From assembly GCA_043811375.1 (NCBI GenBank), contig JBDRNJ010000032.1:1-33246 (forward strand): 33,246 nucleotides of DNA, in the 5' to 3' direction. The notes beneath the pieces are model-generated. The model ran no database searches. It saw only the letters and a list, made by a program, of their open reading frames with translations, and was not told where the DNA came from. Positions 7,326 through 17,876 of the stretch are shown piece after piece. A program made the position numbers and the translations under genes. The stretch is from a bacterium. GTDB taxonomy: Bacteria; Zixibacteria; MSB-5A5; GN15; FEB-12. Each line of letters opens with the position of its first letter. The first letter of the stretch is position 1.

Positions 7326-10300
7326 AACCAGTCTCCCGTTAAAAAGTAAGGACTCCAATGCAATAATGAGCTAAATCTATCATTGCGGATCATCTCTGTT
7401 TGCGCCTCTTTAAGTGCTCCACTCTTTCCAGCCTCCGGGTTAGACAGCCAGTTGCTGTAGAATACCTTCATGAAGAGACATTTGGATTCAGCATTTACCG
7501 GCCATAGCGAGTGGAGAATGGAAGGCGCTCGCGAATGGAGCAGAGACCTCGTCATGCCAATGAGTTCATCGCCGGGCTTAATCTCCGCTCGACCTATTTC
7601 GCATGAGCTCAGTGTGATTAAACGACAGCGAAGTGACAGATTCATCCACTCCCGAGCGGAAAGAAATGCGCCAGAATCGATGGTTTCAAGGAAACGATCC
7701 TTGTGTGGTCTCTGCGGGAAGTCTCTGCCGTCAGTTAGCAATACGCCTGTGGAGGCCATCGTGTCCTCAGAAACCACCATGTAACCGTGTGCAGCCAAAT
7801 GAATGCAATCACATTGCCGCATTTCATCGAGCACGCGTACTCTGGAGCAGTCCGTACCGGTCAATGCGTTCACGTTGAGGAGCTTTCCTATTGCCTCTGC
7901 CTCTTGTTGTACTGACTTCTGATAGCGGCCGCGGTCGTCGCGAGCCCATGTCCCGCACACAAGTGGGGAGGTAATCCTGGTATCCTCTTGTCGGGCGGGG
8001 TTGTTACGACGACAGAACGGTAGTGTCGAGGCGGACGGAAGGTATGTCACCTCGAATCGTTCAGCACAGTGTTTGGTTGCACCATCTATTCGAATCCTCA
8101 TTGCATGAAAAGGGAAATAATGCAAGTATCCATGTGGGACAATATATAGAAGCCGCATGTCCTTGAGCTGCTCGACAACCGGATCAAGAAGGAGCTTTCC
8201 AAGCCCCAGGAAGCCTTCTACGCTCTGATCAAAGCTGTCAGTATCGAGCGGATTCGCCTGTGCGACGGCCGTATATAGATTGACCCACTCCCGCTTCCAG
8301 TACTTGCTGCCATGAGCAAGCTCATGAATATGGACCGTTGGATCATCGCCAGCGATAGCAAGAACATAGGTATGATCGTCGTCGGTGAAATACTCAATTA
8401 GCGCTGTGTCAGGATCTAGATGTGCGCGGATATCCTTCAGCTGACTAGGTGTTCCGCGTCGTGTAGATACATATTCGGGGTAGCTATCCTCCATTTGATC
8501 GTATATCTCTTCGAGTTCATTCCATACGTTATGCTCGACTTCGTCAACGTTCTGCTCGACGAGCGAATCTGAGCTCGCAGGCCTCTTCAACTCGCTGATT
8601 TCGGACAGACAGGTTGTCTCCCTCTCAAACAGTTGAGCGTGGTCGCCGCTGATGGGAGTTGGGCGGTGCAGATCGCCGGCGCCGAGCATATCAAGAAGAG
8701 TGCGGGACTTGCATGATTCAATGAATTCGAGGAGCTTTTCCGGTGCATCACCGTTGGGGAGAGGAATTCCTCGGCGGTACATCTCCATTAGAAGCGCAAT
8801 CCCGTCACTATATATGGACTCATGTGATCCTAGAAAACTGATTTTCAATTCCGGATATAGTGCTGTTTGTCTGCTCCTATCGATGTTCTTGATTCCCTCT
8901 TCATAACAGAGAAACGCCTGCTGTTGTCGAAGGACTTGATTCTGAGTATCAGCTCGTATGAGCGCCTGATACGTTTGTCCGAGCTGATGTCGGAACCCGG
9001 CATCACAGGAGGTGCGAGAATTCACCTCCCTAAGGAGCATTTCAGAAGTGCTCAGATTGCCCATTGCTTTTTCGGGTGAATCGGCAAGCTCGGCAATGTA
9101 GCGGAACACGCTTCCTTTGACCGCGAGTATCTGAAACAGGTGGTGTTGATTTCCGATAGATCGGGCAATTGCCGTAGCTTCGTCAAGAAGCCTCAGACAG
9201 CCCCTCAGTAGTCCCACATTACGAATGCGGCGGCCTTGCACCGACTGAATGTGAGCAAGTCCCGTGATCGCTCTCATTTCCATTGACCGCTCCATGTGGG
9301 CTCGCCGATAGAAGTCGACAATCCTATTCTGGTGTTCAATGGCTCTGCTAATCCATTCCTCGAACTCGGTGTCATCACCGGCTCGCTCCGCAATGCTAAA
9401 ACAACAAGTGGCGAGATTCCCATTGTCTTTAGCCACATTTTGGAGAGATCGATATTGAATGTCAATGCCGAGTGCCTGCTCGTGATATGCAATAGCCTTC
9501 CGAAAATCACCGAAATGAGCATAGCAAATGCCGATATTGCCTAAATTGTGAGCTACGCTCACAACATCGCCCAGTTCACTCCCTAAAAGGGCAGCTTTGC
9601 GGCTCACGTCGATAGCTTTGCCGTAGAGGCCGCTATTCAGCAATATAAGTCCTCGATTGGTAAGTATGTGACATCTGCCTCGCGGAAGACCTGCCTTGAT
9701 GTAGAGGTCGAGTGCACGCTGATTGAACCTCAGTGCGTCCGTGTATTCACTACGGTCCATTGCGATGAAAGAAAGCAGATTGTCTAGTCCGGCATGCTCG
9801 ATTTCTGCACCTCGATCAGGAAGTGTTCGCCGTGCCGCCTCGCTCTTCCTGACAGCGTCATCGAATCGGCCGCGCCTTTGAAATGTCAAAGCTTCTGTAA
9901 CCAGTCTTTCATACTCTTCCCATGCACTTCTCAAGGCCGGATCACTGTGCATAGATATACTGATGTTGTCTTTCGATTGTTTTTCCTTGTCTAGCTCGGC
10001 CAGCCACTCCTTCCTGTACTCTGAAAACGTCTGTCCCATGTCAATACGGTGTACCGCAGCCTCCGCGAGCGGATTATGCGGTGAGTGCGCCAGTGCTTCC
10101 TCCAGGTTTCGGCGTGCTGCTCCGATGTCACTTCTAGCCCACGCTGCGACGCCGATGAATGCTTCGGCTTCGGAACGATATCGGCCAGCGAGCAACTCCA
10201 GCTCCCGGGGCGTCTCGGCAAGTCTTGCTGAATTACTTACAGCCTCAGCATCACTTGAGAGTTGAACCACTTCCTTTCCAAGAGCCACCATGCGGTCGAA

Positions 10301-11695
10301 GTCGCCCTTGTTCATGCAGATGGACGCGCCCGTTAGCCTGGAGTTGATGTACTTTGGTGCAAGTTTTGCAGCGTTCTCAACTGCCTTAAGAGCTTCATCG
10401 TACAGTTCACTCCCCTCCAATGTGATAGCCAGGTCATTGTAAACCCGGGCGATTTCTGAGTTAGGCAGATCATCGGTATGCTCAAAACATGTTCGGAGAC
10501 TCTTTATCGCCTTATCATGAAACCCAATTCGCCTATAGCATCCACCGAGAAGCCAGTGGATCATAAAAAGGACACCGCTATCTGAGCATTCAGGAATGGC
10601 CTTCCTGAAATTGGTGATGGCTTCGTGGTAGTCGCCGTGATTGAAAGCATCAAAACCAGCCTTAGCGTTGTGCGAGAGCTGACCATACTGGAATAGAGGT
10701 TTCTCTTCTGGTGATGCAGGGACAATCGGCGGGCTTAAAGCAGCATCATATCTACGAGCATTTTCGAAACACTCATTGGCTTCCTTAAGTCGATTGAGTC
10801 TGATGTAGACCATGCCGCGTTCATAATACGCTTGCGCGTAGTCGGGCTTCAAGCGAATCGCTTCACTGTATTGCTCTAGGGCTTCGTCGTACCTACCTTC
10901 TGAGGAATAGTACCCGCCAAGATTGAATCGGACCGAGGCCGTGTCAGGGACGAGCTGAACAGCCTTCTCATAGCATTCACCAGCTTGCTTGATTTGGCCG
11001 ATCTCCATAAGTGCATTCCCCTTGCTATTCAGGACGTTTCTGTTGCGAGGGTTAATCGCAAGGGATTCTTCAAAGGAAGTCAGGGCTTGCTGGTACTGTC
11101 CCATCTCATATTGAGCATGACCTTTACCTGCCAGGGCGTCAGCGTTATTCGGATGGTGCTGCAAACAGACATCGAAGCTTGAAAGGGCTTCAGTTGGACC
11201 ATCTGTCTGGAGAAGGGTAAGTCCTTTGTTGACAAGCGCGATCTCATAGCTCGGGTTTAGCTTGAGGGCGCGATTCAGAGAGCCAAGAGCCAGCTCCAGA
11301 TCTCCGATCTCTTTGTGACAGGTCCCTTTGGCGGTTAGAGCCTCTACATCATCTGGATTGGTTTCCAGCGTCCGCTCGAACGCTACGAGCGCCTCCCTGA
11401 AGAGCTTCCTGTCGAGCAGAAGAAGCCCCTTGTTATACCATGCGAGAGGGAATGCTGGATTAAGCCGCAAGGCTCTCTCATAGCACTCCAACGCTTCATC
11501 ATCGCGACCGAAGTGTCGAAGAACGTTTCCCTTATCAGACCATGCAATGAAGAAGTTGGAGTCTTTGCGTAACACTTGTTCAAGACAGGACAGGGCGTCG
11601 TCATACTTGCCTCTGCGGATGTATTCGATCGCATGCTTGTATTTAACTGGGGCATCGCCCATTGGATTGAGAAGTCGACCAATAAAGGAACCCAT
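7322..11695 (-). CDS. TPR-CHAT (caspase-like clan CD) cysteine protease
   Basis: Many N-terminal TPRs. CHAT motifs IVPHGYLHYFPFHA, IHLAAHG (His), ITLSSCEIG (Cys), SLWPV and HWSPYFLTG. Confidence 0.96.
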   Translation of the reverse strand: MGSFIGRLLNPMGDAPVKYKHAIEYIRRGKYDDALSCLEQVLRKDSNFFIAWSDKGNVLRHFGRDDEALECYERALRLNPAFPLAWYNKGLLLLDRKLFREALVAFERTLETNPDDVEALTAKGTCHKEIGDLELALGSLNRALKLNPSYEIALVNKGLTLLQTDGPTEALSSFDVCLQHHPNNADALAGKGHAQYEMGQYQQALTSFEESLAINPRNRNVLNSKGNALMEIGQIKQAGECYEKAVQLVPDTASVRFNLGGYYSSEGRYDEALEQYSEAIRLKPDYAQAYYERGMVYIRLNRLKEANECFENARRYDAALSPPIVPASPEEKPLFQYGQLSHNAKAGFDAFNHGDYHEAITNFRKAIPECSDSGVLFMIHWLLGGCYRRIGFHDKAIKSLRTCFEHTDDLPNSEIARVYNDLAITLEGSELYDEALKAVENAAKLAPKYINSRLTGASICMNKGDFDRMVALGKEVVQLSSDAEAVSNSARLAETPRELELLAGRYRSEAEAFIGVAAWARSDIGAARRNLEEALAHSPHNPLAEAAVHRIDMGQTFSEYRKEWLAELDKEKQSKDNISISMHSDPALRSAWEEYERLVTEALTFQRRGRFDDAVRKSEAARRTLPDRGAEIEHAGLDNLLSFIAMDRSEYTDALRFNQRALDLYIKAGLPRGRCHILTNRGLILLNSGLYGKAIDVSRKAALLGSELGDVVSVAHNLGNIGICYAHFGDFRKAIAYHEQALGIDIQYRSLQNVAKDNGNLATCCFSIAERAGDDTEFEEWISRAIEHQNRIVDFYRRAHMERSMEMRAITGLAHIQSVQGRRIRNVGLLRGCLRLLDEATAIARSIGNQHHLFQILAVKGSVFRYIAELADSPEKAMGNLSTSEMLLREVNSRTSCDAGFRHQLGQTYQALIRADTQNQVLRQQQAFLCYEEGIKNIDRSRQTALYPELKISFLGSHESIYSDGIALLMEMYRRGIPLPNGDAPEKLLEFIESCKSRTLLDMLGAGDLHRPTPISGDHAQLFERETTCLSEISELKRPASSDSLVEQNVDEVEHNVWNELEEIYDQMEDSYPEYVSTRRGTPSQLKDIRAHLDPDTALIEYFTDDDHTYVLAIAGDDPTVHIHELAHGSKYWKREWVNLYTAVAQANPLDTDSFDQSVEGFLGLGKLLLDPVVEQLKDMRLLYIVPHGYLHYFPFHAMRIRIDGATKHCAERFEVTYLPSASTLPFCRRNNPARQEDTRITSPLVCGTWARDDRGRYQKSVQQEAEAIGKLLNVNALTGTDCSRVRVLDEMRQCDCIHLAAHGYMVVSEDTMASTGVLLTDGRDFPQRPHKDRFLETIDSGAFLSAREWMNLSLRCRLITLSSCEIGRAEIKPGDELIGMTRSLLHSRAPSILHSLWPVNAESKCLFMKVFYSNWLSNPEAGKSGALKEAQTEMIRNDRFSSLLHWSPYFLTGDWL

Positions 11696-11701
11696 TACTC
11701 G

Positions 11702-13939
11702 TCATTCTCCACTGTGGCTCTCATACAACGCCAGATTGTACCGTGCAACTTCGTTATTAGGATCAATACGCAGCATCTCCTTCCATGCCTCGCATGCCCG
11801 GCGTATATTCCGCTCCTGCACGCTGATCGCTGCGACATTGCCATGAGCAGGTAGGAAGTCAGGATCATGCTCAATAACCCGTTCGTATTCCTCCAGAGCC
11901 AGTCCTGTCTGCTTCCAACGGAGGTAGATCCCTGCCCGATTGAAGCGGGTCATTGTCATCGAAGGGTCAATCCTCAGTGCTTGGCTATAGCATTGTTCCG
12001 CCTCCTCCCACCGCTCGAGCCTTCCGAGAGCATTACCTTTGTAGGCTCGAGCTTGAGCGCACTCCGGATCTATCAGAATAGCTGCCTCGCAAGGCTTAAT
12101 CGACTCCTCCCATTTTCCTGCAGTGTAGAAGAGCCTTGATTGGCTAAGTAGAACATCCACCGTGGTCGCTGAGTCACTTCGAGTGCTCAGGTCGCGCTGA
12201 TATTCGGTTCGTTTTTTCTCCTCCCACGCCTTATAGGGACCTCCTGCTTGTTTCTTGCTTTCCCCAACCGCCTTCGCCTGGCGTATGACCTCGTCAGGGT
12301 TATCTATGTGAGTGAGTTTCGCGATCTCCCGCATGGCTTCTTCATCGTGTCCCAGCAACTGATACGCAGCGACTAAATTCACTCGTGCAAGGCTATTCTC
12401 CGGGTCAATCTCAGCGGCCCTCCTGAGGTAGCGCAGGCCCCTGTCGTTGTCCTTCATCTTGATATAGCAAGCTCCTAGAAATGCGTGAGCCTCAACGTTA
12501 CTCGGATCAGCTGTGATGACCTTCTCATATACCTCTGCGGCTTGCTTCCAGTCATTTCGGATTCCGTGGCACTTGCCTATCATGAAGAGGGCCTCCTTGT
12601 TCTGCGTATTGTTGTATAGCTCGGCCTCAAATTCAGGTATCGCTTCAGAGAATCGTTCCTCGGCGAATAGCGCCTGCCCAAGTTGAAAGCGCGTATCTCT
12701 GAAACCGCCGTCGATCTCGAGTATCTGTCTGTAGTACTCAATCGCACTGCTGTGATTGCCATGGCTCATGTGCAGCGCCCCCGCTGCATATCGTGGCAGC
12801 AAATAGGAAGGATCGATCCGGATTGCCTCGTTGAAATGAAAAAGGGCGTCTTCGGCACGGTGAAGATTCTGAGTCATGACCCCCAACTGATGGTGCACAC
12901 GTGCAAGATAGGGAACTTCTTTGAGGTCATAAAGAGAGTACAATTCCCACGGATCAGCATGATCGATTTCGAGCGCTCTCGCGTACCACTTCTCGGCTTC
13001 CTCACAGTTTCTTTGATCCCAGTAAAGATCTGCAAGAAGCAATGGAGCGATATGATAACGGGGATCGATCGATACAACAGTCTGAAGCTCCCGGATGGCT
13101 TCATCAGGAAGCTGCTCTCGTCCCTTCGCATAGACTATAGCCAAGTTGTAATGGGCTTCTATACAGCACGGATCAAGTTGTAACGCCCGCATATATTCGG
13201 ATATCGCTCGGTCGTAGTTGCCGAGCGCGTAATAGGTGAGCCCAAGTTGAATATGAAACCCGGAATCATTCCTACCTGCCTTTTGGTCATCCGGCGCTTC
13301 TGCGGAATCACTCCCCTTGCTTTCATCAGAGAGAAACGAGGCACTATCACCTCCGGCGGCAGTCGGAGCGTCTTTACACTGCCCCAGGGACTCCCGAGCG
13401 CCGCCGTCTAAACTTTGTGGAAGCACACCGGCTTCGCGGTTGTTTGGATCCGATTCAAGCACGTCTTCTGTATCCCTGCGAGCTGCTGTTTCGAGTTCCA
13501 TTATCGCACTGGTTGTACGAATCCACATTCGCTTGTCGGGCGTAGATGCCTCCATGAGGTTATTCAACGGCATGTTAAGCTCCTCGAAAGTATGCTCAAA
13601 CCTCCTGCCGCCAGACCGCGTGTACCGCTCTCTGATTTCATTAGCTTTCGCCCGATACGCGCTGGCCCGCCCCATCTTGGCATCGATGTGCAATTGACCA
13701 CCCGGCTCGATGAGCATCGAGTAGTCTTCGATGGCCGAGTCCCACTCTCCCAGAATGCCGTACAGACCTGCCCGAAGAAGCCGAACCTCTTCGGAGCCCG
13801 GTAAGAGGGCCAGGGCCTTGGAAAGAATCTTAATCGCCACTTCGTATTCGTGCCCTTCCATCTTCGAGCGGGCTTGTGCTGCCAACTGGCGGACTCTGAC
13901 TTCCTTGTCTTTGCGTCTGAAAATGTCGAGAAGACCCAT
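11702..13939 (-). CDS. Large TPR-repeat protein
   Basis: Canonical TPRs throughout with an acidic low-complexity linker. Likely start MGLLDIFRRK at 13939. Only 6 nt separate it from the CHAT gene. Confidence 0.93.
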   Translation of the reverse strand: MGLLDIFRRKDKEVRVRQLAAQARSKMEGHEYEVAIKILSKALALLPGSEEVRLLRAGLYGILGEWDSAIEDYSMLIEPGGQLHIDAKMGRASAYRAKANEIRERYTRSGGRRFEHTFEELNMPLNNLMEASTPDKRMWIRTTSAIMELETAARRDTEDVLESDPNNREAGVLPQSLDGGARESLGQCKDAPTAAGGDSASFLSDESKGSDSAEAPDDQKAGRNDSGFHIQLGLTYYALGNYDRAISEYMRALQLDPCCIEAHYNLAIVYAKGREQLPDEAIRELQTVVSIDPRYHIAPLLLADLYWDQRNCEEAEKWYARALEIDHADPWELYSLYDLKEVPYLARVHHQLGVMTQNLHRAEDALFHFNEAIRIDPSYLLPRYAAGALHMSHGNHSSAIEYYRQILEIDGGFRDTRFQLGQALFAEERFSEAIPEFEAELYNNTQNKEALFMIGKCHGIRNDWKQAAEVYEKVITADPSNVEAHAFLGACYIKMKDNDRGLRYLRRAAEIDPENSLARVNLVAAYQLLGHDEEAMREIAKLTHIDNPDEVIRQAKAVGESKKQAGGPYKAWEEKKRTEYQRDLSTRSDSATTVDVLLSQSRLFYTAGKWEESIKPCEAAILIDPECAQARAYKGNALGRLERWEEAEQCYSQALRIDPSMTMTRFNRAGIYLRWKQTGLALEEYERVIEHDPDFLPAHGNVAAISVQERNIRRACEAWKEMLRIDPNNEVARYNLALYESHSGE

Positions 13940-13965
13940 ATTTACACTTCCAATAATGGACCATT

Positions 13966-14517
13966 CTAGGTTTGTTGCAGCAGCGTATTCAGCTTGACCG
14001 AAACAGCCCACGAGGGGAGGGGCTCGCTCGGTGTACATTCTCCCGGAAGTACTCGACAGCAAACAGACTCAAAGTGGCTAAGGTATATGCGATTATCAGG
14101 CTGTTGGAGGAGGATTCGCCGAATCGGCGGATTAACTTCGAGTTGGGTGTTGACTGCGGCACGGCGGCCCGCTACCAGGAGCTGAGACAGGCACTTATCA
14201 CCAATCGCTAGATTCCCGATGATCTGAATGGCACACTTGTGAAAAGTTCTAGCAGACATCTGCTTCTCCGCCCATAGCTCTTGGTTCTGTCGCGTGAGCT
14301 GGGTAACCTGTCTCTGAAGCCCTGCTTCGTTAGATGAAGTACGACTCCCGGTGATGCACTTCCAGAATGCGAAGGCTCCAGCGAGCATCACAATGACCAA
14401 CGGAATCGCTACCTTAGGCTGAATTGATGTGGCTTCCCCGACAGTGCGTGCTTCTGGAATTGCCTGTTCGGCTGGGCGCATGTCGCCAGACTTCTTAGGT
14501 GATAACTTGCCAGTCAT
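13966..14517 (-). CDS. Hypothetical single-TM protein
   Basis: TM helix VAIPLVIVMLAGAFAFW followed by a short coiled coil; co-oriented with the cluster. C-terminal half uncertain. Confidence 0.55.
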   Translation of the reverse strand: MTGKLSPKKSGDMRPAEQAIPEARTVGEATSIQPKVAIPLVIVMLAGAFAFWKCITGSRTSSNEAGLQRQVTQLTRQNQELWAEKQMSARTFHKCAIQIIGNLAIGDKCLSQLLVAGRRAAVNTQLEVNPPIRRILLQQPDNRIYLSHFESVCCRVLPGECTPSEPLPSWAVSVKLNTLLQQT

Positions 14518-14628
14518 GGTTCATACCCCGTAATCTGCCTTCGCAAAAAGGCATCAGCACCGGCGTCACCTTCGGATGTGGAGCGCAACTGACCAGCCGT
14601 CGGTTGCGTACCATTCTTAGCCGTAGAA

Positions 14629-14889
14629 TCAACCCACATACATCCACATCTGAAAGGCTTCGAATTGCGTTCCTCCACAGTTTCTACACCCACCAATCAT
14701 CCCAAACCCAAATCCTTGGCAATACTCGCAAGTGAGATCGCCGCATTGGAGGCACTTCATTGTTGTGCATGGATGTCGTGTCCGCGTGGGCGTGATATCT
14801 CCACGCTGGACCGGCTCAAGAGGCTGGCCACACTGGGAACATCTCAGTCCAGTCCAGAAAACGGATCTTAGAAAGCGACGAATACCCAT
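14629..14889 (-). CDS. Small Zn-binding protein with four CxxC motifs
   Basis: CSQC, CLQC, CEYC, CRNC; RBS gaggag. Confidence 0.8.
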   Translation of the reverse strand: MGIRRFLRSVFWTGLRCSQCGQPLEPVQRGDITPTRTRHPCTTMKCLQCGDLTCEYCQGFGFGMIGGCRNCGGTQFEAFQMWMYVG

Positions 14890-14995
14890 TACTTCTCCTC
14901 ATGATAACATTGGGCCGCGAGCGTTCCTATCCACCCATGCAAGGTATGACGGTTGTGAGACCGCCCACGCAGACAACTTGCCTTTGGGACATTGT

Positions 14996-16627
14996 TCATC
15001 CTGCAAACCGCCGCCATTTCTCCAGAAATACTTGAGCTAATCGCTCGCATTCACACAACCTTGCTTCCAAATCCGTGATGTTAACCAACTGCTCAATACC
15101 CGGAAGACTACCCACTAAGCGAGTTTGATGCGCCGTTTTCCACGCGTTCGGTAGATCTTTACGGGCATTCCGGAGCGCGCTGAGACATCGTTCAAGGTAA
15201 CTCGCGACCTCTGGCGGCAAGCTGCCCTCGCGATATCTGACGACCCTCAGGGCATGAAGTGCCTCTCCAGCCGTGTTCAGGGCTGCAACGAAGCCATCAA
15301 TGGCGGCTATATCAGAGGCAACGGCCCGCCATGCCTCTGGAGAGCCATGCTTAGCCTCAAGTGCTCCTTTCGTCGCTGAGAGGATACCCGCCGCGGTTGC
15401 CCTTCTCATATTCAATGCCTCCTGGACATCTTCCACGCATCTCACAAGGGTCCTGAGGGCTCCGAGTACCTCACCGACTCGTCCAAACGCATTCTCCGTT
15501 TCTAGGCGCAAAGCTCCCGAACGAAACTCATTCTGCAACTCTGTTTTGCCTGGGCCAACGCCTGTGCAACGCTGCCATCTCTGCCCCAGTATTACGCCCC
15601 AAAACAGGGAAATGGTACCGAGCAACACGAAGACTTCAAAGTAGGGAATAGGAAATCCGCCAATGCCGCCGACGAATGTTGTTTGCGCTTCTACTGTTAG
15701 TCCGAAAAGGAGAAAGAACATGAGCAGAGCGACATACTGACTGCGCTCTCCATGAACCCACTTGTCCGGGAGGTTACTGATACCACGCCTTGCTGACCAA
15801 TAACCGATCGAACCGATCATCATGATCGCCACATAAAGGAAAATCGATAACCCTACATATGCCCCTTCCCGTGCGGCTGCGAGTACAGGATTCGTAGCGA
15901 AGTAGATTGCGACAGATGACATCCATGCCACTGTGCACGCTCTCTCATCAAACACCTTTGAAATACGTCGGTGTCCCAGAAACAAGAATAGGCTTACACC
16001 CAGCAGCAGAACCACTATGAGAGCGGGTATACTTGACAGCCAGTTCACATAGATCCGGGCCAAATGCGGCTCCATTCCGCCGGGGCTCAGAAAACCCCAA
16101 GGGAAGTAGTAGATTGAACCGCTGGATACAAAGAGCATGACCAACACATATGACATGCCCAAAGCGACCAAACCATCGAAGATCCGCGCGCTGAAGCCCA
16201 TAAGGCGATATCGAATGATTCTTGCTATTGGATATGCCACAGCCGCAGGAACAAGTAACAGGATTGCACTCTTGAGATCCTGGACTAGTTTCCAGTCTAG
16301 ATGACGGCCGAGACTGCTGCTGTTATCGATGAGTAAGGCGGCAATCCCAATCCAGAGAAGGAGGTCGATTCTTGCCTTGCCGCGCCAGAAGAAGCGACCC
16401 AGTGCATAGCCGCTGGCGATTGCAGCGAATCCAGCCGCCAAATAGATAACGTGAAAATCCGAGGTAAGAAGTTGGAGCATTCCGTAGAGCAAGAGAACGA
16501 TGATCACAAACCCGATTCTCTTGGACTGTGCTGCTGCCAATCTACCTATTAGACCACACAAAAAGAATAGCGTGAAGGACACTGCGGCAAAGGCAGCTAT
16601 ACCGAGAATCCCAAGCATAAGTTTCAC
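14996..16627 (-). CDS. Polytopic membrane protein with C-terminal helical soluble domain
   Basis: About ten or more hydrophobic segments in the first ~350 aa, then an Ala/Leu/Glu/Arg-rich helical region. Confidence 0.85.
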   Translation of the reverse strand: MKLMLGILGIAAFAAVSFTLFFLCGLIGRLAAAQSKRIGFVIIVLLLYGMLQLLTSDFHVIYLAAGFAAIASGYALGRFFWRGKARIDLLLWIGIAALLIDNSSSLGRHLDWKLVQDLKSAILLLVPAAVAYPIARIIRYRLMGFSARIFDGLVALGMSYVLVMLFVSSGSIYYFPWGFLSPGGMEPHLARIYVNWLSSIPALIVVLLLGVSLFLFLGHRRISKVFDERACTVAWMSSVAIYFATNPVLAAAREGAYVGLSIFLYVAIMMIGSIGYWSARRGISNLPDKWVHGERSQYVALLMFFLLFGLTVEAQTTFVGGIGGFPIPYFEVFVLLGTISLFWGVILGQRWQRCTGVGPGKTELQNEFRSGALRLETENAFGRVGEVLGALRTLVRCVEDVQEALNMRRATAAGILSATKGALEAKHGSPEAWRAVASDIAAIDGFVAALNTAGEALHALRVVRYREGSLPPEVASYLERCLSALRNARKDLPNAWKTAHQTRLVGSLPGIEQLVNITDLEARLCECERLAQVFLEKWRRFAG

Positions 16628-17013
16628 CCTGGATCTCCCAAGATCTGCTTGACCGACGCCCTATGTTGCGACGAGGCCAACAGCAATTAGATGGACCCAC
16701 ACATAAAATGTACATCCCCTCGTTCCTGTGCATATACGACGCACTTGGCTAGTCTCTCGAGGACGTAAGAAAGCTCCCCATTCCATAGGGTTGCAGTTGG
16801 CACGCACACCTTCCACGACATGGCACGCGGATCGGCATATCGGTCTTCTTTTTGCACACCGCAGGAGTGCATACACTTGATGGCATCTTCCGAACCCGCG
16901 TGCGTACGGCACAAGATCTTTCATTCCTTTGGACAATAAGCAGAAACTAGCTGGACTACGCCCAGGAGTCAAGCTATATTTATAACACGATACCATAGTC
17001 AAGGCGGATGGAA

Positions 17014-17187
17014 ATGCCAAGAGAAAAAACAACTCATACGAAACCTAAGATGATTCACATTCGACTGAGTGAGGATTTGCACCAGCAACTGAGAATCCAA
17101 GTGGCAAATGAAAATCAGACTATTCAGGACTGGGTAGAACAGCTAATAGACGAAAACGTCAAGCCGGGGCGAAGGAAGCAGTCTTGA
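17014..17187 (+). CDS. Ribbon-helix-helix (Arc/ParG/HicB-like) protein, not in the ORF track
   Basis: Hand translation MPREKTTHTKPKMIHIRLSEDLHQQLRIQVANENQTIQDWVEQLIDENVKPGRRKQS*. Confidence 0.8.
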   Translation: MPREKTTHTKPKMIHIRLSEDLHQQLRIQVANENQTIQDWVEQLIDENVKPGRRKQS

Positions 17188-17196
17188 GTCTTGTAA

Positions 17197-17466
17197 ATGG
17201 TGAAAAGAAGCGTTGCTACATTAATGCGAGGCTTTCCGCTAAGGACCAGCACCGGCGCGCCTAATACTCCCTCACTGGAAAGCCAAGAGAAGGTCTGCAA
17301 GGCAAACATCACCAGCCAGGAATCGAGCGGTTGGGAGTACGTAAGCACGACTGAAGATCTCGGCTCTGGCGGCAGCACCGACCGGCTCGGATTGAGTGAG
17401 CGTCTCAAACATATCAAGCAGGACAAAGTCGACGTTGTCGTCACGATCAAGACGGATTGGCATTGA
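17197..17466 (+). pseudogene. Degenerate serine recombinase N-terminal domain
   Basis: KRCYINARLSAKDQ in one frame, then SLESQEKVC..SQESSGWEYV..EDLGSGGSTDRLGL..DKVDVVVTIKTD in another. Truncated. Confidence 0.8.
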
Positions 17467-17849
17467 AGGCGCAGTCGTTCTGACCAATTCCGACCGCCGT
17501 TTACACCCAAGTACACCGAAGACGCAGGAGAAGTCGCATGGCGGTGCGCGATCTATCCTAGGCTGATCCGCTGATGCCGTTCTGAGGGAGCATTGGATGC
17601 CGCCGGCCGTCATGACAGGATGGAGATTGATATCAGTTTCACTGTCGAGTCCATGCAAGGTAGATACAGGATGGCGAGAACCTGTCTCGTTTCCCTCCGT
17701 GTCAAATTCGCGTCAAATCAAACGACACGAAGATACGCTGATATCGTAAGGCAGTATCAATCAGTAGATTGCGGGAGGGGTTTTAGGAAAGGAACGCGAG
17801 ACAATCTCGCCGACCTTAGACTGCGTAAGTTGATGTGGCACAACGAATT

Positions 17850-17876
17850 ATGCGGGGTTGACGAGACTCGAACTCG
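17850..17876 (-). other. att core: tRNA(Asp)-like 3' fragment (copy 2)
   Basis: Identical to 1500-1526. Confidence 0.8.

Larger units (their letters stand above)
1527..17876. mobile_element. tRNA-targeted genomic island (16.35 kb) without an intact integrase
   Basis: Bounded by identical 27-bp tRNA 3' fragments. Paired (t/c)gtcaaa arm-like motifs lie inside both ends (1666-1684 and 17700-17718). Confidence 0.75.

Noticed and set aside
7322..11695. Craspase (type III-E) or gasdermin system
   Set aside because: No gRAMP/Cas7-11, CRISPR array or recognisable gasdermin in the window.
7470..13997. Numerous short plus-strand ORFs
   Set aside because: Antisense shadows of the long TPR and CHAT genes.
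14514..14696. 60-aa ORF with ATGA overlap to the next gene
   Set aside because: It overlaps the better-supported CxxC gene by 68 nt and has no recognisable motif.
17272..17658. 128-aa minus-strand ORF
   Set aside because: Largely antisense to the resolvase pseudogene.
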